This document shows positions 45,772-55,144 of a DNA stretch of 64,000 bases, piece after piece. Made by a program: the position numbers and the translations under genes. This DNA is from an uncultured virus (IMG/VR IMGVR_UViG_3300049170_000088) (Duplodnaviria > Heunggongvirae > Uroviricota > Caudoviricetes). The stretch lies in IMG/VR virus record IMGVR_UViG_3300049170_000088. The stretch is one strand, 5' to 3'. Numbering within the stretch: the first letter of the stretch is position 1; every line of letters starts with the position of its first letter. The notes below the pieces were generated by a model. The model had not been told where the DNA came from. It did not search any database and saw only the letters and a program-made list of their open reading frames with translations.

Positions 45772-48216
45772 CTACTTGTTGCGCGAGGTGTTCCGCTGCG
45801 TGCCCGTACCGCCGCCACCGCTGGACTGCTGTCCAGAGGGAGCCGCCAGCGGAGCCGGGGCAGGCGCCGGGGCGGGCGGCACCGGCGCCGGGGTGTCGCA
45901 CGGCCGGAATCCGAGCTGCGCGGCCTGCTGATCGGCGAACGCCTTCTCCGCGTTGGTGAACGCCTGGTTGCAGTCGTTGCAGTCGGACGGGCCGTAGCCC
46001 GGCGTGCACTCACACGGCTTGCAGCCGGTGACGACCGGACCACCGGACAGACCGTTCGGGCAGAGCGGGATGTCCAGGAGGTAGGGGTCGTAGCAGCGCT
46101 TGCACACCTGGATGCCCTCTTCGGTGAAGAGGGAGGTGTACTTGTTCTCCATCAGCGACGCGTGGTCGTAGATGCCTTCCAGCGTGATGACGTCCTGCTG
46201 GAGCTTGAAGACCGATCCGGCCGGGTACAGCAGGATCTTCACGTGCGTCGGCCAGTGCGACGGCGGCAGGCCGCCGAAGAGCGGACCGGCGTTCTGGCCG
46301 CAGAACGTGTCGCACTTGAACTCGAAGGGGCGCAGGCAGTTGAACTTCGCGTCGCAGCAGTCGCCGCCCTCGTACACGCCCGCCGCGCAGCAGCTCGCGG
46401 CCGGAAGGACGCGGCCCTCGTTGGAGGACCGGCGCGGCCGTCCGGCGCACGGGTTGTTCGGGTCGGGGGTGTCGCACGGGCAGCAGTCGTACACGCCGGG
46501 GCTGTGCGGGTACTTGGCCTTGCCGTGGCTCGGGTTCTCGTTGGGGCAGCCGCACCCGGGCGGGCAGTCGCCGTTGTTCGGCTGGAAGGCCGCCGAGAAG
46601 GCGTCCTGCCAGTCGTAGACGAACTGGACGCGCACGCCGCGGGACTGGAGGAACTGAATGAGCTGCTGGTCGGTGACGTTCCAGCGGTTCAGGTTCCAGC
46701 CGGACTTCTTGGAGAGGTCCGCGCGCAGGATCGGCAGCAGCCAGTACGGCATGATCGCTTCGAGCGTCGCGGCGCGCGGCAGGCGGTACCGGTAGCGCTG
46801 GTACTCGACCATCATCTCCAGGATGGAGAGGACGGACTCCACGGCGCCGGGGCCGTGCAGACCGGCGACGTCCATGCCCGAGGTGGGCAGGTTGACCTGC
46901 GGCATGCTGATCTGGGTCGCCAGGGACTCCACCTTGGCGATGGTCCAGGCGTTCATGCGGCGGCGGTGCGCCTTCAGGACGCGGGCGGTGAAGTCCGCCG
47001 TCCACTCCGGCCATCCGCGCTCCATCAGGATCGAGTTGCGGATGCAGATGCCGTCCAGCTCCAGCAGACACTCAGTCCACTCGGGGCACGGGATCTCGAT
47101 GCAGCACTTCTTCTTGCCGTCCGGGGCGTCGTCGCAGTCCTTCCAGTGCAGGTCGTCCTTCCCGAAGTGGAAGCCGACGCCGCCGTAGAGGGGGCTGAAG
47201 TCGAACGCCTGCGGGAAGCGGATACCGCTGCGCCGCGTGGTGACGGTGGGCAGGTCAAGGAAGCCGTCGTCGCCCTGGTCGTCGGGACACAGGTCCCACA
47301 GGGTGTCCGGCGGCGCGCACCAGGCGCCCGCGGCCACCAGGCTGCCGCCCGGCAGGGAGAACTCGTCGGCGGCGGCCTTGATCGCCCCGTCGATGTCCAT
47401 CTCCTGCGTGATGGAGTACTTGCTCGCCACGTGGCGGGTGATGGTCGCGATGCCCGCGCGGCCCGACGTCGCCGAGCGCACCATGGACTGCATGCGCGTG
47501 TTGACGACGGTGGCCAGGTGGCCGATGTCGCCGATGTTCTGGCGCGAGGAGATGCCGGGGACGTCCGCGGAGGTGACCGTGTACCGCGCGGAGCGGTCAT
47601 CGGCCGCCGCGCGCGAGCCGGAGCCGCGGCCGGGGGTGACACCGGCGCCCTTGGAGCGCAGGAAGTTCAGCGGCAGGCGCCGGTCCTGGGTGGCCAGGGC
47701 GCGGGAAGCGCCGGCGGAAGCCGAGGACTTCTTCTTCGTGGTCTTCTTCTTGTCGTCCTTGGCCGGGGTGTCGGCGCCCGGATCGTCCTTCGGGTCGTCG
47801 TCTTCGTCGGCGTCCTCGTCGTCGGCGGAGTCGTCGGCGAACTGGCCGCCCTCACCCTCGTCGTCGTCGGCGCCGTCCTCGCTGACCACGCGTGCCCCGA
47901 GCGAGGCGAGGCGGCGCTGGGCCTCCTCGTTGCGCTGCTGGGTGCCCACGTTGTACTCGCGCAGGTGCTCCACCACGTCCACGAGGAATTCGAGGGCGGT
48001 GAGCTGGTCATCGCTGGGGGTGCGCTCTTCCGCCTCTTCGCGCAGCTCCCGGAAGCGGTCGACGGCGGCGGCCTCCAGGCCGCTCATGTCGGTGCCGCTT
48101 TCGGCAGCGGCGCTCACGGCGTCGCGGATTGCCTCACTGCGCTCGTCGTCGTTCGCGGACGCGAGCACGTTGAGGATGTCGTCAAGTTCCACCTGAGTGT
48201 CCTTTGATCGAGACAT
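45772..48216 (-). CDS. major capsid protein with N-terminal scaffold-like region
   Basis: GGSLVAAGAWCAPPDTLWDLC, LDLPTV..RRSGIRF, VYDWQ, WP..V.ILLYPAG, LFTEEG; likely ATG at 48216. Confidence 0.85.
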   Translation of the reverse strand: MSRSKDTQVELDDILNVLASANDDERSEAIRDAVSAAAESGTDMSGLEAAAVDRFRELREEAEERTPSDDQLTALEFLVDVVEHLREYNVGTQQRNEEAQRRLASLGARVVSEDGADDDEGEGGQFADDSADDEDADEDDDPKDDPGADTPAKDDKKKTTKKKSSASAGASRALATQDRRLPLNFLRSKGAGVTPGRGSGSRAAADDRSARYTVTSADVPGISSRQNIGDIGHLATVVNTRMQSMVRSATSGRAGIATITRHVASKYSITQEMDIDGAIKAAADEFSLPGGSLVAAGAWCAPPDTLWDLCPDDQGDDGFLDLPTVTTRRSGIRFPQAFDFSPLYGGVGFHFGKDDLHWKDCDDAPDGKKKCCIEIPCPEWTECLLELDGICIRNSILMERGWPEWTADFTARVLKAHRRRMNAWTIAKVESLATQISMPQVNLPTSGMDVAGLHGPGAVESVLSILEMMVEYQRYRYRLPRAATLEAIMPYWLLPILRADLSKKSGWNLNRWNVTDQQLIQFLQSRGVRVQFVYDWQDAFSAAFQPNNGDCPPGCGCPNENPSHGKAKYPHSPGVYDCCPCDTPDPNNPCAGRPRRSSNEGRVLPAASCCAAGVYEGGDCCDAKFNCLRPFEFKCDTFCGQNAGPLFGGLPPSHWPTHVKILLYPAGSVFKLQQDVITLEGIYDHASLMENKYTSLFTEEGIQVCKRCYDPYLLDIPLCPNGLSGGPVVTGCKPCECTPGYGPSDCNDCNQAFTNAEKAFADQQAAQLGFRPCDTPAPVPPAPAPAPAPLAAPSGQQSSGGGGTGTQRNTSRNK

Positions 48217-48230
48217 CGACTTTTGGTGCT

Positions 48231-48298
48231 CCCGGCGCAGACACCAGTCAGAGCGCGAAGTGCTGGGGACCGTGGCCCCCGGCGCAGACACCAGTCAG
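48231..48298. repeat. 21-bp perfect direct repeat upstream of the major capsid gene
   Basis: CCCGGCGCAGACACCAGTCAG at 48231-48251 and 48278-48298. Confidence 0.9.
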
Positions 48299-48606
48299 GC
48301 GGATCGGTCAGAAACCTACACATCTCACATTAAAAGGGGCGCATGGTGCGGCGCGCCGCATCAGCGGGCTTCAACTGCACCTCAAACGCACTTCACGCAG
48401 GCGCGAGGCAGACATGGGAAAGGGCCGCCTTCCCGCTGTGATTGCGGATGGGTCGCGCCCTGGGGGGGTAGGGCGTTCTCCGCGGGAAGACGGCCGCACA
48501 GGCGCCGTGGCCGTGGGAGGGCGGCGCCTTCGGCCCCGAAGGGCCGGTGATCCCACACTAGCGTCTGGACGCCGGGCGACCGGTCATATCCGGCACGCGT
48601 CACTCT

Positions 48607-48786
48607 TCAGCGTGTGGTCTGCTCCCAGTAACCGCCGTGCTGGGACACCGACCGGTCAGCGTCCTCCTTCACGTAGTAGTCGACGCGGGAGCCGTCGGGC
48701 CGGTAGTGCCGGAAGATCACCGTCTTCCCGGCCGGGGTCGTCTGTCGCCGCCCGCCGCAGGACGAGCAGTTACCGAAAGTGCTCAT
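48607..48786 (-). CDS. 59-aa head-module protein (absent from the ORF track)
   Basis: MSTFGNCSSCGG...YRPDGSRVDY..KEDADRSVSQHGG; GGAG RBS; ATGA overlap. Confidence 0.65.
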   Translation of the reverse strand: MSTFGNCSSCGGRRQTTPAGKTVIFRHYRPDGSRVDYYVKEDADRSVSQHGGYWEQTTR

Positions 48787-49220
48787 GGGGTTCTCCGTTC
48801 TCTTTCAGGGCCCGCGGAGTCCCGGCCGTTCCGCCGGTCGGTGACGCGCAGGAGTTGTTGGGGTGGCTGCGGCGCGCGCGAGCCCGCGCTGATGCCGCTC
48901 GCGAGCTGGGCCAGACGCTCATCGCGCAGCCGGGCCGCGTCCTCGTCGGTGGTGCGCTCGGAGACCTCGGGCACGTGCCACATCCGCCTCGCGGCTTCCT
49001 TGCGCAGGGCGAAGGCGATCTCTCCGGCCGGTGAGTCGATGACCACGCGCAGGTGGCTGCCGCCCTCGATGGGCACCAGGGAGGACGGCCACATCCCGGC
49101 GAGCACGCCGAGCACCAGGGCCAAGTCCTCCTCGGTGCGCTCCAGGGCCTGGCTCAGCGCGTGGAACTCCTCGACCGACGGCCGGAACTTGGCTCCGGCC
49201 GTCTTCTTGGCACCGGCTAT
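48783..49220 (-). CDS. hypothetical protein, distantly similar to 13116-13667 (start unclear)
   Basis: High GC3; MWPS...VVIDSPAGEIAF parallels RWPS...VYIASPAGQLSW. Confidence 0.45.
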   Translation of the reverse strand: MAGAKKTAGAKFRPSVEEFHALSQALERTEEDLALVLGVLAGMWPSSLVPIEGGSHLRVVIDSPAGEIAFALRKEAARRMWHVPEVSERTTDEDAARLRDERLAQLASGISAGSRAPQPPQQLLRVTDRRNGRDSAGPERERRTP

Positions 49221-51508
49221 GACGCCACCGCCTCGGCCTCGGCCAGGGCCTGGGTGTCCTCGGCTGCGTTCGCGCGGGACTCCGCCCGCTTGGCCTGCCA
49301 GTGCGCGACGTCCGCGCAGCCCTGGGCGCGGGTCTTGGCGGTCACCCGCTGGGTCTTGGGCCAGTTCAGGCCGTCGGCCGGGTTGCCTCCGGCGCCGCCT
49401 CGGCACCACTTCTTGACGACGTTGACGGCCACCGCGATGGCATGGGACTCCGTCATGCCCTTGGCCATCAGGTGGTTGGCCACGCGCCGGATGAAGTTGG
49501 GCAGGTGCCCGGTGGTGGTCTTCTCGATCCAGTTCTCGCGGTTGCCCTTCTTGAAGCCCTCGGCCTCCGCGACGCCCGCGTACTCGCCCTCCTTGCCCTC
49601 CTCGGGCTGACAGGCGTGCATGATCTCCGGGTCGGCCAGACACTCGATCATGTAGGCGGCCAGCTCCTCGTGATACGCCGGGGAGCCGCCCACGTCACTG
49701 TCGCCGATGCCGCCGGATGCCTTGCCGGTGTCGCCGAGCGGTCCGGGACGCTCGGCGAGTTCGGCCATGCGCTTGGTCATGCTGGCGATGCGCGAGCCGG
49801 ACAGCCGCTTCGCGGCCAGCTGCACGCGCGCGGTGCGCTCCGCGGCGAACACGCTCTCCGCGCGCGCCTGGTGCGCGTCGGCGTCCTGGCTCAGGGCGCC
49901 GCAGCCCAGCGCGGAGAACGGCGCTCCCTCGGCGCCGGCGCGAGCCCTGGTCTGGGGGAAGCCGGGCACGTTGACGGCGAGCGCGGCCACCAGCTCCATG
50001 CCGCCGCGCACCGCACGCCAGTCGCCGGACAGCCCGCACAGCGCGATGCGGGTGCGCTCCTCCTCGTCCAGGTGGGGCAGCAGGGAGCCCGCGCACCAGA
50101 TGCCGAACTCGTCCTCGCCGACGGCGACGACGGCCGCCATGGTGCCGGTGTTGTCGTAGTGGGCCGTCGCGGAGGCGGGCAGCGCTTCCAGGGAGGCGTG
50201 GCCGGTGTCCATGGTGATGACGCCGACCTCGCGGATACCGCCGCCCTTGGTCTCCAGGAGGCGGGTGGCGTAGTAGGCGTAGCCCGTGTTGGACGGCGGG
50301 GCCATCACGCACCGCTTGTCCACGCCGATGTGGCAGACGTTCCACAGCGCGAGGTGGCCGAAGACGCGGTCGCCGGCGACGGTCCAGGGAGTGCCCTCGG
50401 CGAACGGGGGCCGCTCGAACCACGGGGCGGGGGGCTTGAAGGAGTCGGGGGCGAACTGGCCAACCGCGAGGGCGGTCGTGGTGGAGCGGACCAGCGAGGC
50501 CGCGGACTTCTTCTCGCCCTTCCAGGGAGCCTGGATGGAGGGGTCCTTGAAGGTGGTGGCGGCGCGGCTGTAGAGGGTGCTGAGCTTGGACTTCAGGCCG
50601 GAGGTGGACACGTCGGTGCCGCCGCGGCCACCCTGGACGACGGCCGCCGCGGCAACGACGCCGGAGAAGACGGCCTTCAGCTCGCCGTCGATGACGTCGG
50701 CGAAGGGGAACTTGTAGGAGCCGACGTTGTTGGGGTCGGCGTTCTCGTCGCGGTAGAGGAAGCCCTGGCTCATCTTGGCTACGTCCAGCGAGCCGTCTTC
50801 CTTCTTGGCGCGGGCGGCCATGCGCTTCTTCGCTCCGGCGCCGTCCCAGGACCGGCCGCGGTCGGCGAAGGGAAGGGAGGTGTTGCCGATCGCCGCGGCG
50901 GTGACCGCGTAGCCCTCGGTCAGCTTCTCGCCCTCGATGTCGCCGGTCTCCGCGTAGGAGGAGACGAACGCCTCGGGGAAAGCGGGCTGAGAGACGAGGG
51001 TGGCCCCCATCAGCCGCCAGTCGGAGAAGACGATGCCCTGGTGTGCGGGCAGTTCCTCGGGGTCATCACTGGCCGCGTAGGCAGCGCAGTCAACCAAGGA
51101 GCGGTTGTCTCCGATGCAGCCGATCTGGTGGGAGTCGTCGTCCAGGTCCACGCTCACGAAACGGAGCCAGTTCTGGTGGACCTTGCGGGCGACGTCGGCC
51201 GCGCGCTCGTCCTCCAGATCAAATCGGCCTTCCCCCATCAGCAGGTCGCCTTCGATCCAGGCGTGGTCGATCACGCCCACCGGGACGGCGCCGTCGTGGC
51301 CCTGACTCAGGGCGTCCTGGTAGAGGAGCGGGAGCGGGAGGGGACGGGTGCGGGGCACGCCGTTCTCGGGCCGGGCCAGGAGTCGCCGGTCACGGGAGGA
51401 GGCGAAGACGCCGAGCGGGGCCAGGACGCCCCTCCACGTGCCGGGGACCGGGGCGTCGTCGCCGTCGGTCTTGGAGTTCTGAGTGCTTTCAGTGGTTACG
51501 GTCATCAT
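49217..51508 (-). CDS. capsid maturation protease, multidomain
   Basis: WRGVLAP, PLPLLYQ, GHDGAV.VG, VSVDLD, GATLV..PAF; between portal and capsid. Confidence 0.8.
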   Translation of the reverse strand: MMTVTTESTQNSKTDGDDAPVPGTWRGVLAPLGVFASSRDRRLLARPENGVPRTRPLPLPLLYQDALSQGHDGAVPVGVIDHAWIEGDLLMGEGRFDLEDERAADVARKVHQNWLRFVSVDLDDDSHQIGCIGDNRSLVDCAAYAASDDPEELPAHQGIVFSDWRLMGATLVSQPAFPEAFVSSYAETGDIEGEKLTEGYAVTAAAIGNTSLPFADRGRSWDGAGAKKRMAARAKKEDGSLDVAKMSQGFLYRDENADPNNVGSYKFPFADVIDGELKAVFSGVVAAAAVVQGGRGGTDVSTSGLKSKLSTLYSRAATTFKDPSIQAPWKGEKKSAASLVRSTTTALAVGQFAPDSFKPPAPWFERPPFAEGTPWTVAGDRVFGHLALWNVCHIGVDKRCVMAPPSNTGYAYYATRLLETKGGGIREVGVITMDTGHASLEALPASATAHYDNTGTMAAVVAVGEDEFGIWCAGSLLPHLDEEERTRIALCGLSGDWRAVRGGMELVAALAVNVPGFPQTRARAGAEGAPFSALGCGALSQDADAHQARAESVFAAERTARVQLAAKRLSGSRIASMTKRMAELAERPGPLGDTGKASGGIGDSDVGGSPAYHEELAAYMIECLADPEIMHACQPEEGKEGEYAGVAEAEGFKKGNRENWIEKTTTGHLPNFIRRVANHLMAKGMTESHAIAVAVNVVKKWCRGGAGGNPADGLNWPKTQRVTAKTRAQGCADVAHWQAKRAESRANAAEDTQALAEAEAVAS

Positions 51509-51538
51509 CGCCTCACGAAGTGACGGTTTGCGGCGACT

Positions 51539-54076
51539 TTAACCTTTGATCCCTGTTAGGTCCTTTGACCGATCCGGCCCAGGAATGTCTGTTTCCTCCC
51601 GAGGGGCGGAGAGGTCCGCCCACTCCGGGCATCCGCGCTCCGCCATCACGGCCCGCAGCAGCATCAGGTCGTGCGGCTTGCCCTCCCTGATCAGCGCCCG
51701 CACGTAGATGTCGACCAGCTCGTGCGTGCACGGCGCGTCCGGCAGCACCAGATGCAGATCCCGGTACGCCCCGGCGAGCATCAGTTCCGTCTGCTCGGTG
51801 TTCGGCTCCAGGTGCACGTGGATCTCGTGCTTGGGGATGTCCCGGTACTGCGCCCGCACCGGCCGGGACTGACGCGACAGCAGCCAGTTGCCCGCCTTGT
51901 CCAGCGCGCGCACCGCGGCCATCTCCACGGCCTTCTCCACCGCCGCGGCGCCCGGCGCCGACGGCCCGGCCGGGGCCCCCTTGCTCTTGGGCTGCGGCCG
52001 GTCCTTGGCGCCCTCCTCCACCGGCCGACCCGACTTCTGCGGGGCCTTCTTGCCCCCGTCCCCCGAGGCGGCGCCGCCCGCGGCCGACGACTTGTTCTGC
52101 GCCGGCGAGCTCCCGCCGCCCTGCTGCTGGGTCTTGGGCGGCACCGGTGCCGAGGAAGCCACCTGGTTCTTCGCGTACTCCTGGAGATCGGGGGTGTCGA
52201 TGCCCAGCAGCGGCAGCAGCAGAGGGGCGATCAGGCCCTGCGAGGCCACGATCGACTGGAGTACGTGTCGGTTGCGCTCCTCCTTGGTGGGCGCGTCCTC
52301 GTCCCCGAAGCCCAGCACCTGCCGCAGCGCCCGCTCGCCCAGTGCGCCCTGCTGGTAGGCCTGGAGCGCCTGCTGCGGCCGGTTGGCCTGCTGCACCAGG
52401 TCCGACACGTCGTACCAGAGTGCGAACTCCTCGGTGTCCCCGACGCCGAGCGCTTCGAGCGAGGGCCGTAGGTACTGATACGTCAGCGCGTCGCAGATCA
52501 GCGCGAGCAACGGCTCAATGTGGATCTTGATGCTCGACTCTTCGAGCGCCCACACGCTGTTCCCGGTCCAAAACACGGTGCCCTCGTGCCGGGCCAGCCA
52601 CGTCTGGTTCCCGGTGGTGGGGCACCAGATGGTGCCCGTGTAGTACGTCTGGTTCATCTGCTTGGGCGTGGGCGTGAACCGGCCGCGGTGCGCCAGCGAC
52701 AGATCGCGGGCGCCGTCCTCGGTGTCGGTCAGCAGGTGGAAGTAGCCCAGCTCCGCGGAGAGCAGATCCTTGGAGGTCACCCACATCGGCACGCCGTGAC
52801 GCGAGCGGACCGGCCAGCGGTGCGCGAGCGTGGTCAGCGAGTGATGCCCCTCGCCCTTCATCTCCACCATGGGCTCAGCGAGCACGTCCCACGTGTTGAT
52901 CTCCTGGCACGCTCCCCACTCCGGGGCGCCGGTCTGGTGATTGAGGGTCATCACCTCCTCTCCCTGCTTCAGCTCGCCGTAGGTCTTCCAGCCGCCGCGG
53001 GTGAGAATTTCCGTTGTATCGGGCACGCACCAGTGGTTGATGTCGGCGATGCCCAGCAAGATTTCTGCCGGGATGTCCAGGCCGGAGGCGATGCGTTTGG
53101 TCGCGGCGTCGCGCAGGTCGGCCGCCGCGGCGTCCAGCGGCGTGGAGAAGGAGAAGTGCTTGATGCCGTTCCCGGCCTCCGCGGGCCCGCGCACCACGAT
53201 GGGCACCACCGCCGAGGCGCTGCCGCGGTCCTTCAGCGGCGTCATCATCGCCTCCACCAGGGAGGCCGTGAACGGATCGGAGTGGATGGGGTTGATGCCG
53301 TCGCCCTGCGCGGGCTGGGGGAAGGTCAGCTCGTCGGGCAGGAAGAGCAGACCCGCGCCGGCGAGGCGGGATTCCGCGGAGGCGGAGATGTGCGCGGAGA
53401 GGTCCAGCAGCTCCTTGCACGCCCCGCGCAGCGAGATGACCGGCGAGTCGGGGTACCAGTTGCGCCGGGGGTGCGGGCGCCAGATCCGGATGAGGGCCGC
53501 GTTGTCGGTGTCGATCTCGACCGGGTCCGGCTCGTCGGGCGGCGTGATCTGCATCGTCCCGGAGGCGGAGTTGGTGACCTCTGCGGAGTTGACGACCTGC
53601 CAGATCCGCTCGTGGTCCTCGGGGTGGTCGTAACCGCAGATGTAGGTCTCGCCCACGAGGTTGATGTGGGTGGCCAGGCGCCGCAGCATCTCGCCCTGCC
53701 CGAGCTGGCCCCCGAACAGCTCGTAGTAGGGCTGGAGCACCCGGTCCATGCCGTCTTCGGAGGACTCGATCGGCGTGGGCGGCGCGGAGCCTTCCGGGTC
53801 GATGCGGCCGATGTAGAGCCTGGCCCTGGAACAGGCGTTGGCAATCCAGCCGATGCCGAAGCGCAGCTCGGGAACGGAGTCGTACAGCTCCCAGGCGTCG
53901 ATCTGCCAGTCCGCGGCCTGGGAGACCGGCCGTACCCGGTCGCGGGTGATCAGCGCGGCGGAGGCGACGGTCGCGGTACCGAAGGTGCGCGGGATGTGGT
54001 GGCCGTCGTCGGGCAGGTCGATGGTTCGGGTGTGGGTGGCGGTGGTCTTCCTGGTCAGCCGGGGAAAGACGCTCAC
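51539..54076 (-). CDS. portal protein with intein
   Basis: WQIDAWELYDSVPELRF, RIWRPHP, DSP, SRLAGAG, SAVVPIV, GLDIPAEILLG..NHW; first gene of the head module. Confidence 0.85.
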   Translation of the reverse strand: MSVFPRLTRKTTATHTRTIDLPDDGHHIPRTFGTATVASAALITRDRVRPVSQAADWQIDAWELYDSVPELRFGIGWIANACSRARLYIGRIDPEGSAPPTPIESSEDGMDRVLQPYYELFGGQLGQGEMLRRLATHINLVGETYICGYDHPEDHERIWQVVNSAEVTNSASGTMQITPPDEPDPVEIDTDNAALIRIWRPHPRRNWYPDSPVISLRGACKELLDLSAHISASAESRLAGAGLLFLPDELTFPQPAQGDGINPIHSDPFTASLVEAMMTPLKDRGSASAVVPIVVRGPAEAGNGIKHFSFSTPLDAAAADLRDAATKRIASGLDIPAEILLGIADINHWCVPDTTEILTRGGWKTYGELKQGEEVMTLNHQTGAPEWGACQEINTWDVLAEPMVEMKGEGHHSLTTLAHRWPVRSRHGVPMWVTSKDLLSAELGYFHLLTDTEDGARDLSLAHRGRFTPTPKQMNQTYYTGTIWCPTTGNQTWLARHEGTVFWTGNSVWALEESSIKIHIEPLLALICDALTYQYLRPSLEALGVGDTEEFALWYDVSDLVQQANRPQQALQAYQQGALGERALRQVLGFGDEDAPTKEERNRHVLQSIVASQGLIAPLLLPLLGIDTPDLQEYAKNQVASSAPVPPKTQQQGGGSSPAQNKSSAAGGAASGDGGKKAPQKSGRPVEEGAKDRPQPKSKGAPAGPSAPGAAAVEKAVEMAAVRALDKAGNWLLSRQSRPVRAQYRDIPKHEIHVHLEPNTEQTELMLAGAYRDLHLVLPDAPCTHELVDIYVRALIREGKPHDLMLLRAVMAERGCPEWADLSAPREETDIPGPDRSKDLTGIKG
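52559..53029 (-). other. mini-intein (157 aa) in portal
   Basis: N-terminal CVPDTTEILT..GWK; block B TLAHRW; block F IWCPTT; C-terminal TGN followed by Ser. Confidence 0.9.
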
Positions 54077-54081
54077 TTAGA

Positions 54082-54405
54082 TCACCTCGCGTCCAGGTGC
54101 TGAGCGGCCAGGCCGGTCAGCCAGGAGAGGGTGAGCAGTCCGGCGCCCCACTGGTAGGCGAGGGTGTCTCCGTACTCGATCGCGGCCGGGGTGACTCCGG
54201 CGGCCACCCAGATCGACATGCACCAGGGGCAGCCGATCAGCTCGTTGAACCACTCCCAGCCCGCGGAGGGCTTGCCGCCCTCCTCCTGGGGGGTCGCCTT
54301 CTTCGCGAGGCGATCACGCAGGGGGAAGGTGATGCTGTCCCTGCCGATGAGGCGGGTGATGCGCGCGGTCGCGCCGAGGGCGGTGATGGCAGTGATCGGG
54401 TCCAC
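54082..54405 (-). CDS. DUF1360-like membrane protein
   Basis: ATARITRLI..DSIT.PLR...ELIGCPWCMSIWVA. Confidence 0.8.
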   Translation of the reverse strand: MDPITAITALGATARITRLIGRDSITFPLRDRLAKKATPQEEGGKPSAGWEWFNELIGCPWCMSIWVAAGVTPAAIEYGDTLAYQWGAGLLTLSWLTGLAAQHLDAR

Positions 54406-54653
54406 GCGGCGCACACTAACCAAAAAGCGACATCACGCCCGGTAGCGCCCATACGTGGCGAACCTGAACTGTCGTCACCAATACCCGCAGATGCGAGAAT
54501 TAGCGCAATGCGGTGGATACCGTTTCACGCCTTGTTCTGCACCTGGGTCTACACCATCTGGCAGCAGCCCCCCACCGGCCCGACCAACCTGCCCATCTAC
54601 ATCGCGGTCCTCGGAGCAGTGATCGCCTTCCGCCAGGAGGAGGAACCCGAGCC

Positions 54654-55073
54654 ATGGCCGTCGCCCGACTCAACTCCGGCGCCATCAACCACCTCCTCAA
54701 GGGCCGCGGCGGACTCGTCGACCGGCACTTCTCCCGCCACGCCGCCAACGTCGAACGCGCCTGCAAGGCCCTCGCCCCCGCCGAGTCGGGCGCCCTGAAG
54801 GCGTCCATCCGCACCCGGCGCACCGTCGCCGGTCCCCTGGTCATCTGGCACATCGGCTCACCGCTGCGCTACGCCAAGTACCCCAACTGCGGAACCGGCA
54901 TCTACGTCGGCCGCGGACGCATCGTCCCTCGCCGAGCCCCCAAGCTCGTCTTCTACTACAAGGGCCGCAAGTGGGTCCTGGACTCCGTCCGCGGCCAGGA
55001 GCCGCAGCGCTTCATGATCGAAGGGCTGCGCCGCGGCCAGCCCTACCCAGTCACCCCGCTGCCCTGCGGCTGA
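54654..55073 (+). CDS. HK97 gp10-like neck/tail-completion protein
   Basis: AP.ESGALKASI, YAKY..GTG, VRGQ.PQRFM; GGAGGAGG RBS. Confidence 0.75.
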   Translation: MAVARLNSGAINHLLKGRGGLVDRHFSRHAANVERACKALAPAESGALKASIRTRRTVAGPLVIWHIGSPLRYAKYPNCGTGIYVGRGRIVPRRAPKLVFYYKGRKWVLDSVRGQEPQRFMIEGLRRGQPYPVTPLPCG

Positions 55074-55081
55074 GCACGCCA

Positions 55082-55113
55082 CGGGCCCCCGTCTCCGCCG
55101 AGACGGGGGCCCG
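55082..55113. terminator. terminator hairpin between convergent genes
   Basis: CGGGCCCCCGTCTC / GAGACGGGGGCCCG. Confidence 0.75.
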
Positions 55114-55126
55114 CGATCTTGCATTA

Positions 55127-55144
55127 GCGCTTCAATTGAAGCGC
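55127..55144. promoter_or_regulatory. 18-bp palindrome, candidate parS-like site (copy 2)
   Basis: GCGCTTCAATTGAAGCGC, identical to 17716-17733. Confidence 0.5.
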
